Below, piece after piece: positions 12,453 through 26,736 of a DNA stretch of 52,183 bases. Where the stretch lies: positions 1,550,001 to 1,602,183 of the forward strand of contig CM068778.1 of NCBI GenBank assembly GCA_035084275.1. The letters are read 5' to 3'. The notes under the pieces were generated by a model. That model was not told the origin of the DNA. It searched no databases and worked only from the letters and a program-made list of their open reading frames with translations. How positions within the stretch are numbered: position 1 is the stretch's first letter; every line of letters begins with the position of its first letter. Origin of the DNA: Hydrolagus colliei (lineage: Eukaryota). The translations under genes were made by a program, and so were the position numbers.

Positions 12453-13102
12453 CACAGCGTGAGAGAGAGACACATCTCTCGTGCATAAACCTCACACAGG
12501 ATACACAACTACTCTCTTCACCACAGACACAAACCAGTCTCTTCCCCCAAGCAACACCTGCTCTCACTTTGTCAAAAACTAAAGACATCAACACAGACGA
12601 TTGAGAGACAGAGAGAATAAGAGGTTCAGGGACAGTGTAGACATGGCTCCATCTCACCTTCTCTCCACACTGTTCCCTCTATCTCTGTTTCTGAAACGTG
12701 GACCAATTTTGTGACCAACTGTTACCAGTCTATACCCTGGGGGAGGCTGTAGCTTCACTAAAACACCACCTCCCCTCCCCCACCTCTTAACCTCCAATTA
12801 ATATGTCCTATAGGTGGGCGGGGGAGGAGGCACATTTTCCAATTGGTGCCGTCGCATTTGTGTCATTGATGGCTTTATTCTGCCAGTGCTTTATTCCAAA
12901 GTGATGCAGATAGATAGTGTGTGTGTATGAGAGAGCGAGAGTCAAAGAAACCGAGCTAGACAAAGTTTCTGAGAGTAGGGAGTGCGGTTAGGAAAGTTAC
13001 ATACAAAGACAGAGTGTGGGCGATAAGGAAAGAGAGAAGAAGGGAGAGAAACCTGAGCTCTAATGTGAAGATCCCAAGATTAGTCTCAAGTCTCCGCCAA
13101 CG

Positions 13103-13652
13103 ATGACTCTGTCCTTTCTCACTGTCTCTCTGATCTCCATCCTCTGGCCCTGTGAGTATCGCTCCACATCTCTCAATTTTCCACAGTTTCCCAAATCCCT
13201 TGGGATATCCCAACATCCCCACTCTTTCTGAGATGATCCTACTCTGTGTCTGTGTATATGTCAGTGTGTGTGTGTGTCTTTGACCCTGTGTATCACACCA
13301 GGACACTCCCTGTGGGCATGATGTTGGATGTTACATTGTCTTTGCAGGTCTGTCACTGGCAGAGTTGGTGACTCAGTGGCCGCGGACAGTCACAGCCAGA
13401 GAGGGAGATAATGTGACTTTGGGATGTTACCAGAATGAGACAGCATATGATAGAATGCTCTGGTACCTCCAACTCCATCAGGGAGGCCTCACATTGATCG
13501 GATATGCCTTCGTGTCAAACCCAACTTATGAGAAGGGTTTTGATGCTCATTACAAAATTACGCAGACTAATGACAACAAAGAATCCTCCCTGGAGATGTC
13601 CATCAGCAACACAGACCATGAGGGGGTGTATTACTGTGCTGCTAGACAAGGG
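13103..13652 (+). CDS. TRBV: V10 (leader 13103-13151, V exon 13348-13652)
   Basis: Intact; CDR2 AFVSN; RSS CACAGCG-23-ACATAAACC. Confidence 0.92.
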
Positions 13653-14718
13653 CACAGCGTGAGAGAGAGACAGATCTCTCATACATAAACCTCACACAGG
13701 ATACACAACTACTCTCTTCACCACAGACTCTTCCCCAACCAACACCTGCTCTCACTTTGTCAAAAACTAAAGACATCAACACAGGCGATTGAGAGACAGA
13801 GAGAATAAGAGGTTCAGTGAGAGTGTAGACATGGCTCCATCTCACCTTCTCTCCACACTGTTCCCTCTGTCTCTGTTTCTGAAAAGTGGACCAATTTTGT
13901 GACCAACTGTTACCAGTCTATACCGTGGGGGAGGCTGTAGCTCCACTAAAACACCATCTCCCCAACCACACATCTGCACTTCCCACCAATGACCCACAGG
14001 CGGGCGGGGGAGAGGCATATTTCCTATCTGGTGTCGATACTTGGTATTATTCATGGCCCTATTCTGCCAGTGCTTCATGAGGGATGAAGAGGGATTGTGT
14101 GTGTGTGTGTGTGAGAGAGAGAGCGAGAGTGGTAGAGAGAGACCGAGCAAGACAGAATTTCTGAGAGAAGAGAGTGAAGTTAAGAAAGTTAAATATAATA
14201 CTCGCTGCACTATCTGTGTCTCTCACTCTCTGGGACCTTCCGACGTTGTGTCCTCCCAAGATGCTCTATAAATATCATTTTGTTGTCATTGTTAAGTCTC
14301 TGAATTTTAGACCAATTTGGCCACCTGCTGTTCTCAGTCCATACCATTGGGGACGCTGTAGCTTCACTAAGTCACCCCCCCATCCCCCACATATACCTCC
14401 CACCAATGTGACACTGCGAGGGTGGGGTGAGGGGCAGGATTCCCACATCTGATGTTCTGCAGACGCTTCAGTGCCATTGTTGCCTTTACTCTGCCAGAGC
14501 TTCATTCCACGGACGCAGATAGAGAGGGGGCCTGTGGGGAGAGGGTTTGTGTGAGACAGTGAGAGGCAGTGTTGGCGTGACAGGGGGCAGTTGTTTCAAT
14601 TAGGAAATAGGAACTGAGCCAGTGAGATATAAAGTGTGGAGGCGAGAGAGAGATTGTGGGAGAGATAGCTGAGCTCTGGTGTGAAGATCTCCAGGTGAAT
14701 CTCAAATCTCCGCCAACA

Positions 14719-15264
14719 ATGAGTCTGGCCTTTCTTGCTGTCTCTCTGACCTCCATCCTCTGGCCCTGTGAGTATCTCTCATCATTTTACTTTTTCCCTC
14801 AAAGTCTCAAATCCACAGGGATTTCATATCACACCCCTCTCCTCGTGTCCGACATTATACCACATTTCTGTGTATAGGTTTGGAAACCCAGCATCTCTCC
14901 CAGGACATTCAGCCCAGATTCCCTGTCGGCGGGATCACATTGTTATGTTGTCTTTGCAGGTCTGTCACTGGCAGAGTTGGTGACACAGAGGCCGGGGACA
15001 GTCACAGCCAGAGAGGGAGAGACTGTGACATTGACATGTCAGCACAATAATGCTGCCCTTGTTATGATGCTCTGGTACCTCCAACTCCATCAGGGAGGCC
15101 TCACATTAATGGGATACAGCAGTTACAGAGAGCCAAAGTATGAGAAGGGATTTGAATCTGGCTACCGCTATACACAGTCTAGTGACTACAAGAACTCCTC
15201 ACTGGAGATCTCCATTAGCAACACAACCCAGGAGGGGGTGTATTACTGTGCTGCTAAAGATAAG
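14719..15264 (+). CDS. TRBV: V11 (leader 14719-14767, V exon 14960-15264)
   Basis: Intact; CQHNNAALVM, CDR2 SSYRE, ends CAAKDK; RSS CACAGTG-23-ACATAAACC. Confidence 0.92.
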
Positions 15265-15964
15265 CACAGTGTGACAGAGAGACAGATCTCTCATACATAA
15301 ACCTCACACAGGATACACAACGTTTCTGTTCACCACACACACACTTCATGTGTTCCCCCCCACCAACACCTGCCCTCAGTCTTGGCCAAAAATCAAACAT
15401 GACAACACAGACGATTCAGAGACAAGAGAGAAAAAGAAGTTCGGGGTCCAGAGAGGACAATAATAACAACAAAATTACATTTGTGTAGCGCCTTTCAAGT
15501 CAGGAGGTCATCCCACGGCAATGGACAGTTACAGCTTCAGGATATGGCTCCATCTCGACTACTCTCCAAACTCTTCTCTCTGTGTCTCTGTCTCCGAGTC
15601 TGGGACCAATCTTGTGACCAACTGTTCCCAATCCACACCCTGGGAGAGGATGTAGCTCTACGGGGGAGAGGATGTTGGGGTGGGGGGGGAGACAGCTGGC
15701 CAACTTCCGATCTGGTGCCGACACTGAATGCCATTGATGCCTTTACTCTGCCAGAGATTCATTCCTCAGAGACACAGAGAGAGAATGAAATAGCGAGACA
15801 AACTTTGGGAGACAGGTCGCGTGTTATCCGGTTAGATAGAACGTTAGTGCGACATTAAGAAGTGGCGTATGACTGTGAGAGAGAGAGAGTAAAAGAGAGA
15901 GAGAGGGGGACAAAGTGACCTCTGGTGTGAGAATCACAAGGTTAATCTCAAGTCTCTGCCAACA

Positions 15965-16531
15965 ATGATTCTGCCCTTTCTCACTGTCTCTCTGATCTCC
16001 ATCCTCTGGCCATGTGAGTATCTCTCCACACCTCTCAATTGTCCTCAGGCTCCCAATTCCCACTGGGATTCTACGTCACCACCATTGCCTGAGCTAAATA
16101 ATCCCACTGTGTGTGAGAGTGTGGAGTCGTGTGTGTTGGTGTGTGTGAGTGTATGTGTGTGATCCCGGGAATCAGACCAGACCATTCCCTGTGGACAGGA
16201 TGGAGAATGTTATTTTGTGTTTGCAGGTCTGTCAGTGGGAGCCTTGATGACTCAGTGGCCGGGGACAGTCACAGCCAGAGAGGGAGAGACTGTGACTTTG
16301 AGATGTTACCAGAATGACACAACCCATAATACAATGCTCTGGTACCTCCAACCCCATCATGGAGGCCTCACATTGATCGGGTATTTTTTTCGGTCAAAAC
16401 CAAATTATGAGAAGGGTTTTCAATCTGGCTACAACATCACAAAGACAAGTGACGACAAGGATTCCTCCCTGGAGATCTCCATCAGCAACACAGCCCAGGA
16501 GGGGGTGTATTACTGTGCTGCTAGACAAGGG
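15965..16531 (+). CDS. TRBV: V12 (leader 15965-16013, V exon 16227-16531)
   Basis: Intact; CDR2 FFRSK; RSS CACAGCG-23-ACATAAACC. Confidence 0.93.
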
Positions 16532-17152
16532 CACAGCGTGAGAGAGACACAGATCTCTCATACATAAACCTCACACAGGATACACAACCAATCTCTTCAC
16601 CACAGACACAAACCAGTCTCTTCCTCAACCAACACCTGCTCTCACTTTGTCAAAAACTAAAAACATCAACACAGATGATTGAGAGACAGAGAGAATAAGA
16701 GGTTCAGGGACAGTATAGACATAGCTCCATCTCACCTTCTCTCCACACTGTTCCCTCTGTCTCTGTTTCTGAAACGTGGACAAATTTTATGACCAACTGT
16801 TACCTGTCTATAGCGTGGGGGAGGCTGTAGCTTCACTAAAACACCATCTCCCCAACCCCACATCTGCACCTCCCACCAATGTCCCACAGGGGGGGCGGGG
16901 GAGAGGCACATTTCCTATGTGGTGTCGATACTTGATATCATTCATGGCTCTATTCTGCCAGTGCTTCATTGCACAGAGATATAGAGAGAGATTGTGTGTG
17001 TGTGCGTGTGTAGTGCGACATTAAGAAGTGGCGTATGAATGTGAGAGAGACAGTAAAAGAGAGATAAAGAGAGAGAGAGGTGACAACGTGAGCTCTGGTG
17101 TGTGAATCGCAAGTGAAGAGTTGCCATCAGTAATCCCAAGTCTCTGCCAACA

Positions 17153-17609
17153 ATGAGTCTGTCCTTTCTCACTGTCTCTCTGATCTCCATCCTCTGGCCA
17201 TGTGAGTATCTCTCCACATCTCTCAATTGCCCTCAGGCTCCCAATTCCCACAGAACAGACCATTCCCTGTGGACAGGATGGACAATGTTATTTTGTGTTC
17301 GCAGGTCTGCCAGTGGGAGCCTTGATGACTCAGTGGCCGGGGACAGTCACAGCCAGAGAGGGAGAGACTGTGACTTTGAGATGTTACCAGAATGACACAA
17401 CCCATTCTACAATGCTCTGGTACCTCCAACCCCATCAGGGAGGCCTCACATTGATCGGATATTTCTATGCGTCAAATCCAACTTATGAGAAGGGTTTTGA
17501 TAATCACTACAAACTTACACAGATTGGTGGGAACAAGGATTGCTCCCTGGAGATCTCCATTAGCAACACTACCCAGGAGGGGGTGTATTACTGTGCTGCT
17601 AGAGAAGGG
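17153..17609 (+). CDS. TRBV: V13 (leader 17153-17201, V exon 17305-17609), paralog of V1
   Basis: Intact; CDR2 FYASN; same flanks as V1 at offset 17100; 23-RSS. Confidence 0.93.
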
Positions 17610-18334
17610 CACAGCGTGAGAGAGAGACAGATCTCTCATACATAAACCTCACACAGGATACACAACATTTCTGTTCCCCACACACAAACACACACACACA
17701 GACACACAAACCAGCCTTTCCGCCCCCAACACCTGCAATCTGTCTCTGCAAAAACTGAATACGTCAACACAGACAATTCAGAGAGCGAGAGAGAAAGAAA
17801 GAAATTCGGGGAAAGAGTGAGCATTAACAACAACAGCAAAATTACACTTGTATTGCGCCTTTCACGTCAGGTGGATGTCCCAATGCATGGCTCCAACCAG
17901 CCTACTCTCCACACTGATCCCTCCGTGCCTCTGTCTCTGAATCTATTGCCAATTTTGTGGCTCACTGATCCCACTCCATAACCTGGTGGAGGCTATAGCT
18001 TCACTGAGACACCTCCTCCCCTCCCCACCACAGCTCCACTTCCCCCTGGTGTGGGGGGAAGGGCCTTTTCCGATATGGTGACAACAAATTGGTGCCATTG
18101 TTTGCCTTTATTCTGCCAGAGCTTCAGCCCACAGTGGCAGAAAGAGAGTGTGAGAGAGAACAAGAGATTAAGTGACAGAGAAAGAGACAAGGTTTGGATG
18201 ATTGGGGGAGTGACATCGAGAAACAAATAGAAACAGAGAGTGAGAGAGACAACGAACATTCGGGAGAGGGAGGGTGAGAGAAACCTCAGCTCCAGTGAAG
18301 AGTTTCCATCAGTAATCCCAAGTCTCTGCCAACA

Positions 18335-21300
18335 ATGAGTCTGTCCTTTCTCACTGTCTCTCTGATCTCCATCCTTTGGCCTGTGAGTATCTCTCAACAT
18401 ATTTGTATTAACCAGTGCCTTGGAACACCCAATAAACGCGATATAAATATAATATGACCTGATAAACGCTATATAAATATAATTTTTATGTTGTTGTTAC
18501 CAGCAAACTCTCAAACCAACGGAGCTTTCATATCACTCCCCTCTCTCTGTATCTGAGATGATCCCTCTTTGTGCCAGGAATTCCCAAAGAACATTCATCC
18601 CAGATTCCTTCCATGTCAGCGGGATCACATTGTTATGTTGTCACTGGCAGAGTTGGTGACTCAGTGGCCGGGGACAGTCGCAGCCAGAGAGGGAGAGACT
18701 GTGACATTGAGATATTACCAGAATGAATCAGCCCTTAGTACAATGCTCTGCAAACCTCCAACCCCATGAGGGAGGCCTCACATTAATTGGATATCTCGAG
18801 TACCCACCACCAAGGTATCATAGATTCATAGAGTCATAGAATTTTACGGCACAAAAGGAGGCCATTCGGCCCATCTAGTCTGTGCCGGCTCTTTGAAAAG
18901 AGCGATTCAATCCCACTGCCCTGCCCGCTCCCCATAGCCTAATAGACCTGTTCTCCCTAAATAAAGATCTAATTCCCTTTTAAAAGTTGTTATCGAATCA
19001 GACTCCACCACCTTTTCAGGCAATGCATTACAGATTCGAACAACTCGCTGAGTGTAAAAATTTCTCCTCAGCTCCCCTCTACTGCGCCTTGAAACTATTT
19101 TAAATCTGTGACCACAAGTCACAGATTCGCCCACGAGTGGAAATAGTTTTTCTCTATTTGCCCTGTCGAAACCCCTCATGATCTTATAAACCTCTATTAG
19201 GTCTCCCCTCAATCTTCTCTGCTCCAGAGAGAATAACCCTAGCCTATCTAGCCTCTCCTCATACCTGTAGTCCTCAATCCTGGCACCATCCTAGTAAATC
19301 TTCTTTGTACCCTTTCCAATGTCTTCACATCCTTTCTGCAGTGTGGTGACCAGAATTGAACACAGTATTCCAGCTGAGGCCTCACCAAAGTCTTATAGAG
19401 GTTAGTCAGCAGTTCCTAACTTTTGTACTCTATACCCCTATTTATAAAGCCTAGTATCCCATATGCCTTCTTAACAGCCTTGTCTACCTGTCCTGCTACC
19501 TTCAACGAGTCACTAACACAAATCCCCAGGTCTCTCTGTTCCTTCACACCATTTAAAATTGTACTATCTAGCCTATATTGCCTCCCTTCATTTCTTCTCC
19601 CAATAAGCATCACCTCACACTTCTCTGCATTAAACTTCATCTGCCATGTGTCTGCCCACTTTACCAATTTGTCTATATCCTCTTGCAGATGGCTACTATC
19701 CTCCTCACTATTTACTATTCTCCCTAACTTAGTGTCATCTGCAAACTTGGAAACTGTACTCCGTACACCCAAGTCCAGATTATTGATGTAGATTACAAAC
19801 AGCAATGGTCCCAAAACTGATCCCTGTGGCACACCACTGCTCACTTCCCTCCAGTCTGAAAAACAGCCGCTCACTACAACTGTCTGCTTTCTGTCTCGCA
19901 GCCAGTTGTGGATCCACGCTGCCACTGTCCCTTTTACGCCATGGGCCTTTAATTTCCTAATAAGTCTCTCATGTGGCACTTTGTCAAATGCCTTTTGAAA
20001 GTCCATGTAAACTACATCAACTGCGCTACCATTATCCACCCATTCCGTTACCTCATCAAAAAATTCTATCAGATTTGTAAGGCAAGATTTGCCTTTAACA
20101 AATCCATGTTGACTGTCCTTTATTAGCCTATATCTTTCTAAGTGAAGATCTACCTTGTCCCTGATATGGACTCTAGAAGTTTGCCCACAACCGACGTTAG
20201 ACTGACTGGTCTGTAGTTACCAGGCTTGTCCTTCTGCCCCTTTTTATACAAGGGAGTAACATTAGCTATCCTCCAGTCCTCTGGCACGACCCCTGTGTCC
20301 AAGGAAGATTGAAAGATCGTGGCCAGAGTCCCTGCTATTTGCTCCCGTGCCTCACTTAGTAACCTAGGGTGCATCCCATCCGGACCAGGTGACTTATCCA
20401 CCTTGAGCAACGTCAAACTTTTTAGAACTTTCTCTCTGGTTATAATTATTCTATCCATTTCTCCTACCCTCTCCTCCAATACCATGGCATTGGCTGTATC
20501 CTTTTCTTTTGTGAAGACAGAGGCGAAGTACTCATTCAGTACATCAGCCATGCCCTCTGCCTCCACAGTGAGATTTCCTCCTAGGTCCCTAATTGGCCCC
20601 ACCCTCTCCTTGACCAACCTTTTACTCTTAATATGTTGGTAAAAAACCTTAGGGTTCCCCTTAATCTTACTCGCTAATTGTTTTTCATGCAGTCTCTTTG
20701 CCCCTCTAACTTCCCTTTTTAGTTCTATCCTACACTTCCTATATTCTGCTTGGTTCCCTTCTGAATTTTGAGCCTGACACTTATCATAAGCCTCTTTTTT
20801 TTGTTTTATTTTGGCCCCGATTTCCTTAGTCATCCAGGGAGGTTTGGATGCCTTACGTTTCACCTTTGTGGGGATGCTTTTGACCTGTGCTTGAACTATC
20901 TCCTCTTTGAACGCTGCCCACTGCTCGTTAGTTGTCTTACCTGCCAATTTTTCTTTCCAATCCACCTTGGCTAGGTCCCACCTCAACTCATTGAAATTAG
21001 CCCTTTTCCAGTTGAGTGTCCTCACCTGTGATCGTTCCTTATCCCTTTCCATAATTATTCTGAATCTAACGATATTGTGGTCACTATTCCCTAGATGCTC
21101 ACCTACAGAAACCTGTTGAACTTGCCCTACCTCATTTCCCAAAACTAGATCCAGCAATGCTTCTTTCCTCGTTGGACTGGAAACATACTGATCAAGAAAG
21201 TTGTCCTGCACACACTTCAGGAATTCTTCTCCCTCGTTGCCCTTTACTCTACTATTCTGCCAGTCTATGTTGGGATAGTTGAAGTCACCCATTATCACTA

Positions 21301-21630
21301 CTCTATTAGCTCTGCATTTCTCCGTGATACGCTTGCAGATCTGCTTGTCTATCTCCTCCCTACTATTTGGTGGTCTATAGTATACCCCTAACAGTGTAAC
21401 TGCACCTTTTTTATTCCTCATTTCTAACCAGATAGATTTGGTTTTTAGTCCTTCTTCCACCTCGTTCCTTTCTAAGGCAGTCACTGAGTCCTTAACTAAA
21501 ATTGCCACCCCGCCCCCTTTTCTACCTTCTCTATCCCTCGTGAATATCAGGAGGGTTTTAAATCTGGATACAACATTGCAAAGACAACAGCAATCCTACC
21601 TGGAGATCTCCATCAGAAACACAGCTCAAC
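18335..21630 (+). pseudogene. TRBV: Pseudo-V14, interrupted by a CR1 LINE (paralog of V2)
   Basis: Same lesions as pseudo-V2, plus a premature TGA at ~18767. Confidence 0.9.
18821..21544 (-). mobile_element. 5'-truncated CR1-type LINE, copy 2
   Basis: Minus-strand ORFs 20150-21508, 19416-20039, 18907-19212; same breakpoints as copy 1; TATCA flanks at 18816-18820 and 21545-21549. Confidence 0.93.
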
Positions 21631-22293
21631 CAGCACATATACAAACCAGCCTTTCCTCCACTATCACCTGCCATCGGTCTTGGCCAAAAATTATACACAT
21701 CAACACAGACGATTGAGAGACGAGAGAGAAAAAGAGGTTCAGGGACAGATAACATATGTGTCCATCTCATCTGCTCTGCACACTGTACCCTCTGTGTGGT
21801 TGTCTCTCTCTCTGTGTCCTCCCAACGGTTGTGTCCTCCTCCAAGCAGCTTTATAAATACAATTTTATTGTTGATTCTCTCAACCTGGGACCAATTTGGC
21901 AACTTGCTCAGTGCACACCATTGGGGGACGCTGTAGCTTCACTGAGACACCTCGCCTCCCGTCACATGTCATACCTGGCACCAATGTGACACTGTGGGGT
22001 GGGGTGAGAGGTGAGACACTCACTGCTGATGTTCTACAGACACTTCAGTGCCATTATTGGCTTTACTCTGCCAGATTTTCATTCCACAGAGACAGAAAGA
22101 GAGAGAGGTGGGTGGGGTGGAGGGATGAGACAGTGAGAGGCATGGTTGTGTGACAGGGGGAGTGGTATCAATGAGGAAATAGGAAGTGAGTCAGTGAGAA
22201 ATCAAGTGTGTATGTGTGAGAAAGAGTGTGTGGGAGAGATACCTGAGCTCTGGTGTGAAGAACCAAAGTTTAATCTCAAGTCTCTGCCCAACA

Positions 22294-22845
22294 ATGAGTC
22301 TGTCCTTTCTCACTGTCTCTCTGATCTCCATTCTCTGGCCCTGTGAGTATCTCTGAACATCTCTCAATTCCCCTTCAAGCTCCCAATTCCACTGGGGTTT
22401 CATAACATCCCCCACTTTCTCTGTCTGAGATTACCCTAATCTGTGTTTGTGTCTGTGTGTGTGTGTATGTGTGTGATCCCGGGAATCAGACCAGGTTATT
22501 CCCTGTGGGCAGGATGATGGATGTTACATTGTCTTTGCAGGTCTGTCACTGGCAGAGTTGGTGACTCAGTGGCCGGGGACAGTCACAGCCAGAGAGGGAG
22601 AGACTGTGACCTTGAGATGTTACCAGAATGAATCCGCCCTTAATACAATGCTCTGGTACATCCAACCCCATCAGGTAGGCCTCACATTGATAGGATATGC
22701 CTTACTGTCAAACCCAAATTATGAGAAAGAATTTCAATCTGGCTACAACATCACACAGACGGATAACAAGAAGGATTCCTCCCTGAAGATCTCCATCAGC
22801 AAAACAGACCAGGAGGGGGTGTATTACTGTGCTGCTAGAGAAGGG
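22294..22845 (+). CDS. TRBV: V15 (leader 22294-22342, V exon 22541-22845), paralog of V3
   Basis: Intact; CDR2 ALLSN; 23-RSS. Confidence 0.93.
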
Positions 22846-23387
22846 CACAGCGTGAGAGAGAGACAGATCTCTCGTACATAAACCTCACACAGGATACACA
22901 ATGACTCTCTTCACCACACACACAGACACAAGAAGTCTTTCCCCCGCCAACACCTGTCATCACCTCGTCTACTCTCCACACTTTTCTTCCTCTGTCATTG
23001 TATATCAATCTTCTAACCCATCCAGTCCATGCTCTTATAGAGAATGTAGCTTCACTAGGATGCCACCCTCCCCTCCCCACACATCTCCTCCTCCCCCTGG
23101 AGGTGGGGGGAGGGCCTTTCCCATGTGGTGACATATACTTTGGTGCCATTGGAGCCTTTATTCTGCTGGAGCTTCAGCCCACAGTGACAAAGACACAGAG
23201 AGTGATAGAGAACAAGAGATTAAGTGACAGAGAAAGAGACAACGTTTGGAATGATTGGGGGAGTGACATCGAGAAATAAATAGAAACAGAGAGTGAGAGA
23301 GACAAAGAGCATTTGGGAGAGGGAGGGTGAGAGAAACGTTAGCTCCGGTGAAGAGTTTCCATCAGTAATCCCAAGTCTCTGCCAACA

Positions 23388-23980
23388 ATGTGTTTGTCCT
23401 TTCTCAATGTCTCGCTGATCTCCATCCTCTGGCCCTGTGAGTATCTCTCAACATCTGTCTATTAAGACGTGCTCCCAATGTGAAAAGCACTATACAAATG
23501 TGTTGTTGTTACCATAAAATATTAAACCCACAGGGCTTTCATATCACTCCCCGCTCTCTCTGTATCTGAGAGGATCCCGCTTTGTGTGTGTCCATAATGC
23601 CAGGAATTCCCAAAGAAAATTCATCCCAGATTCCCTCCCTGTCGGCGGGATCACATTGTTATATTGTCTCTGCAGGTCTGTCACTGGCAGAGTTGGTGAC
23701 TCAGTGGCCGGGGACAGTCACAGCCAGAGAGGGAGAGACTGTGACCTTGAGATGTTACCAGAATGAATCAGCCCTTAGTACAATGCTCTGGTACCTCCAA
23801 CCCCACCAGGGAGGCCTCACATTGATCGGATATGCCTTTGTCTCAAACCCAACTTATGAGGAGGGTTTTAAATCTGGCTACAACATCACAAAGACAAGTG
23901 ACGACAAGGATTCCTCCCTGGAGATCTCCATCAGCAACACAGCCCAGGAGGGGTTGTATTACTGTGCTGCTAGACAAGGG
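23388..23980 (+). CDS. TRBV: V16 (leader 23388-23436, V exon 23676-23980)
   Basis: Intact; CDR2 AFVSN; 23-RSS. Confidence 0.93.
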
Positions 23981-25038
23981 CACAGCGTGAGAGAGAGGCA
24001 GATCTCTCATACATAAACCTCACACAGGATGCACAACCACTCTCTTCACCGCACACACACATACCAGCCTTTTCCCCATCAACACCTGGACTCAGTCTGC
24101 AAAAAATTAAATAGATCAACACAGACGATTCCGATACAAGCTAGACAAAAGAAATCCAGGGATAGAAGACATGGGTCCATCTCACCTCCTCTCTGTGTCT
24201 CCCTATAAATATAATTTTCTTGTTTGTGTCTCTCAATATGAGACCAATTTGGCAACCTGCTGTCCCCAGTCCATACCATTGGGTACGCTGTAGCTTCACT
24301 AAGACACTTTGACTCCCCTCACATGTCATACATGCCAATGTGACACTCCGTGGCAGAGGCGAGATGTTCTGCAGACACTTCACTGCTATTGTTGCCTTTA
24401 TCCTGCCAGATCTTCATTCCATGGAGGCAGACAGAGAGAGTGGGGGTGGGGAGGCGGAGGAGTTTGAGACACCGAGAGGCAACGTTTGGGTAATGGGTGG
24501 GAGTGGTGGTATCAATGAAGCCTTTTACATCCCGTGCAATCCCAAGGCTCTGGACAGTTACTGCTTCAGGACACGGCTCCATCTCGACTACTCTCCAAAC
24601 TCTTCTCTCTGTGTGTCTGTCTCTGAATCTGGGACCAATCTGGTGACCAACTGTTCCCAATCCCTACCCTGGGAGAGGCTATAGCTTCACAAACGCACCT
24701 CCCCTCACTCAAATCTGCACCTCCCACCAATGTCCCACAGGGAGGTGGGGTAGAGGCACATTTCCTATGTGATGTCGACACTTTGGTGTCATTGGTTGGC
24801 TTTATTCTGCCAGTTCTTCATTCCATAGAGATACAAGAGAGAGAGTGTGTGTGTGTGTGTGCATGAGACAGTGAGAGAGTGAGACTCAGCAAGACAACAT
24901 TTCTGAGAGAAGAGAGTGAAGTTAAGAAAGTTATATACAAAGACAGATAAGCAAAGAGCGTATGTGAGGGAGAAGAAAGGAGAGTAACCTGACCTGTGGT
25001 GTGAAGATCCCAAAGTTAATCTCAAGTCTCTGCCAACA

Positions 25039-25602
25039 ATGCATCTGTCCTTTCTCACTATCTCTCTGATCTCCATCCTCTGGCCCTGTGAGTATCACTG
25101 ATCATCTCTCATATCCACATCTCTCATATCTCCACAGGTTCTCAAATCCCTTGGGACATCATAACATCCTTCACTCTCTGTCTGAGATGATCCTAATCTG
25201 TGTCTTTGTGGATGTGAGTGTGTGTGTCTGTGATCCTGGGAATCCGACCAGGACATTCCCTGTGGTCAGGAAGACGGATGTTACATTGTTTTTGCAGGTC
25301 TGTCACTGGCAGAGTTGGTGACTCAGTGGCCGGGGACAGTCGCAGCCAGAGAGGGAGAGACTGTGAGTTTGAGATGTCACCACGACAATACAGCCCTTCT
25401 TAGAATGCTCTGGTACCTCCAACCCAAACAGGGAAGCATCACATTGATAGGGTACGCCTATGCGAAAAACCCAAGTTATGAGAATGGTTTTAAATCTGGC
25501 TACAACATTACACAGAGTGATGACAACAAGGATTCCTCACTTGAGTTCTCCATCAGCAACACAGCCCAGGAGGGGGTGTATTACTGTGCTGCTAGAGAAG
25601 GG
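25039..25602 (+). CDS. TRBV: V17 (leader 25039-25087, V exon 25298-25602)
   Basis: Intact; CHHDNTALLR, WYLQPKQGSI, CDR2 AYAKN; 23-RSS. Confidence 0.92.
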
Positions 25603-26148
25603 CACAGCGTGAGAGAGAGACAGATCTCTCATACATAAACCTCACACAGGATACACAATGACTCTCTTCACCACACACACACACACCACAATAAGACTTT
25701 CCCCCGCCAACACCTGTCATCACCTCGTCTACTCTCGACACTTTTCTTCCTCTGTCATTGTATATCAATCTTCTAACCCATCCGGTCCATGCTCTTATAG
25801 AGAATGTAGCTTCACTAGGATACCACCCTCCCCTCCCCACCACATCTCCTCCTCCCCCTGGGGGTGGGGGGAGGGCCTTTCCCATGTGGTGACATTTACT
25901 TTGGTGCCATTGGAGCCTTTATTCTGCCGGAGCTTCAGCCCACAGTGACACAGACACAGAGAGTGAGAGAGAACAAGAGATTAAGTGACAGAGAAAGAGA
26001 CAACGTTTGGAATGATTGGGGGAGTGACATCGTGAAATAAATAGAAACAGAGAGTGAGAGAGACAAAGCACATTTGGGAGAGGGAGGGTGAGAGAAACCT
26101 TAGCTCCGGTGAAGAGTTTCCATCAGTAATCCCAAGTCTCTGCCAACA

Positions 26149-26736
26149 ATGTGTCTGTCCTTTCTCAATGTCTCGCTGATCTCCATCCTCTGGCCCTGTG
26201 AGTATCTCTCAACATCTGTCTATTAAGACGTCCTCCCAATGTGAAAAGCACTATACAAATGTGTTGTTGTTACCATAAAATATTAAACCCACAGGGCTTT
26301 CATATCACTCCACGCTCTCTGTATCTGAGAGGATCCCGCTTTGTGTGTGTCTATAATGCCAGGAATTCCCAACGAAAATTCATCCCAGATTCCCTCCCTG
26401 TCGGTGGGATCACATTGTTATATTGTCTTTGCAGGTCTGTCACTGGCAGAGTTGGTGACTCAGTGGCCGGGGACAGTTACAGCCAGAGAGGGAGAGACTG
26501 TGACCTTGAGATGTTACCAGAATGAATCAACCCTTAATACAATGCTCTGGTACCTCCAACCCCACCAGGGAGGCCTCACATTGATTGGATATCTCTATTA
26601 CCCACCAACAACTTATGAGGAGGGTTTTAAATCTGGCTACAACATCACAAAGACAAGTGACAAGGATTCCTCCCTGGAGATCTCCATCAGCAACACAGCC
26701 CAGGAGGGGATGTATTACTGTGCTGCTAGAGAAGGG
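26149..26736 (+). CDS. TRBV: V18 (leader 26149-26197, V exon 26435-26736)
   Basis: Intact; CDR2 LYYPP; RSS CACAGTG-23-ACATAAACC. Confidence 0.93.
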
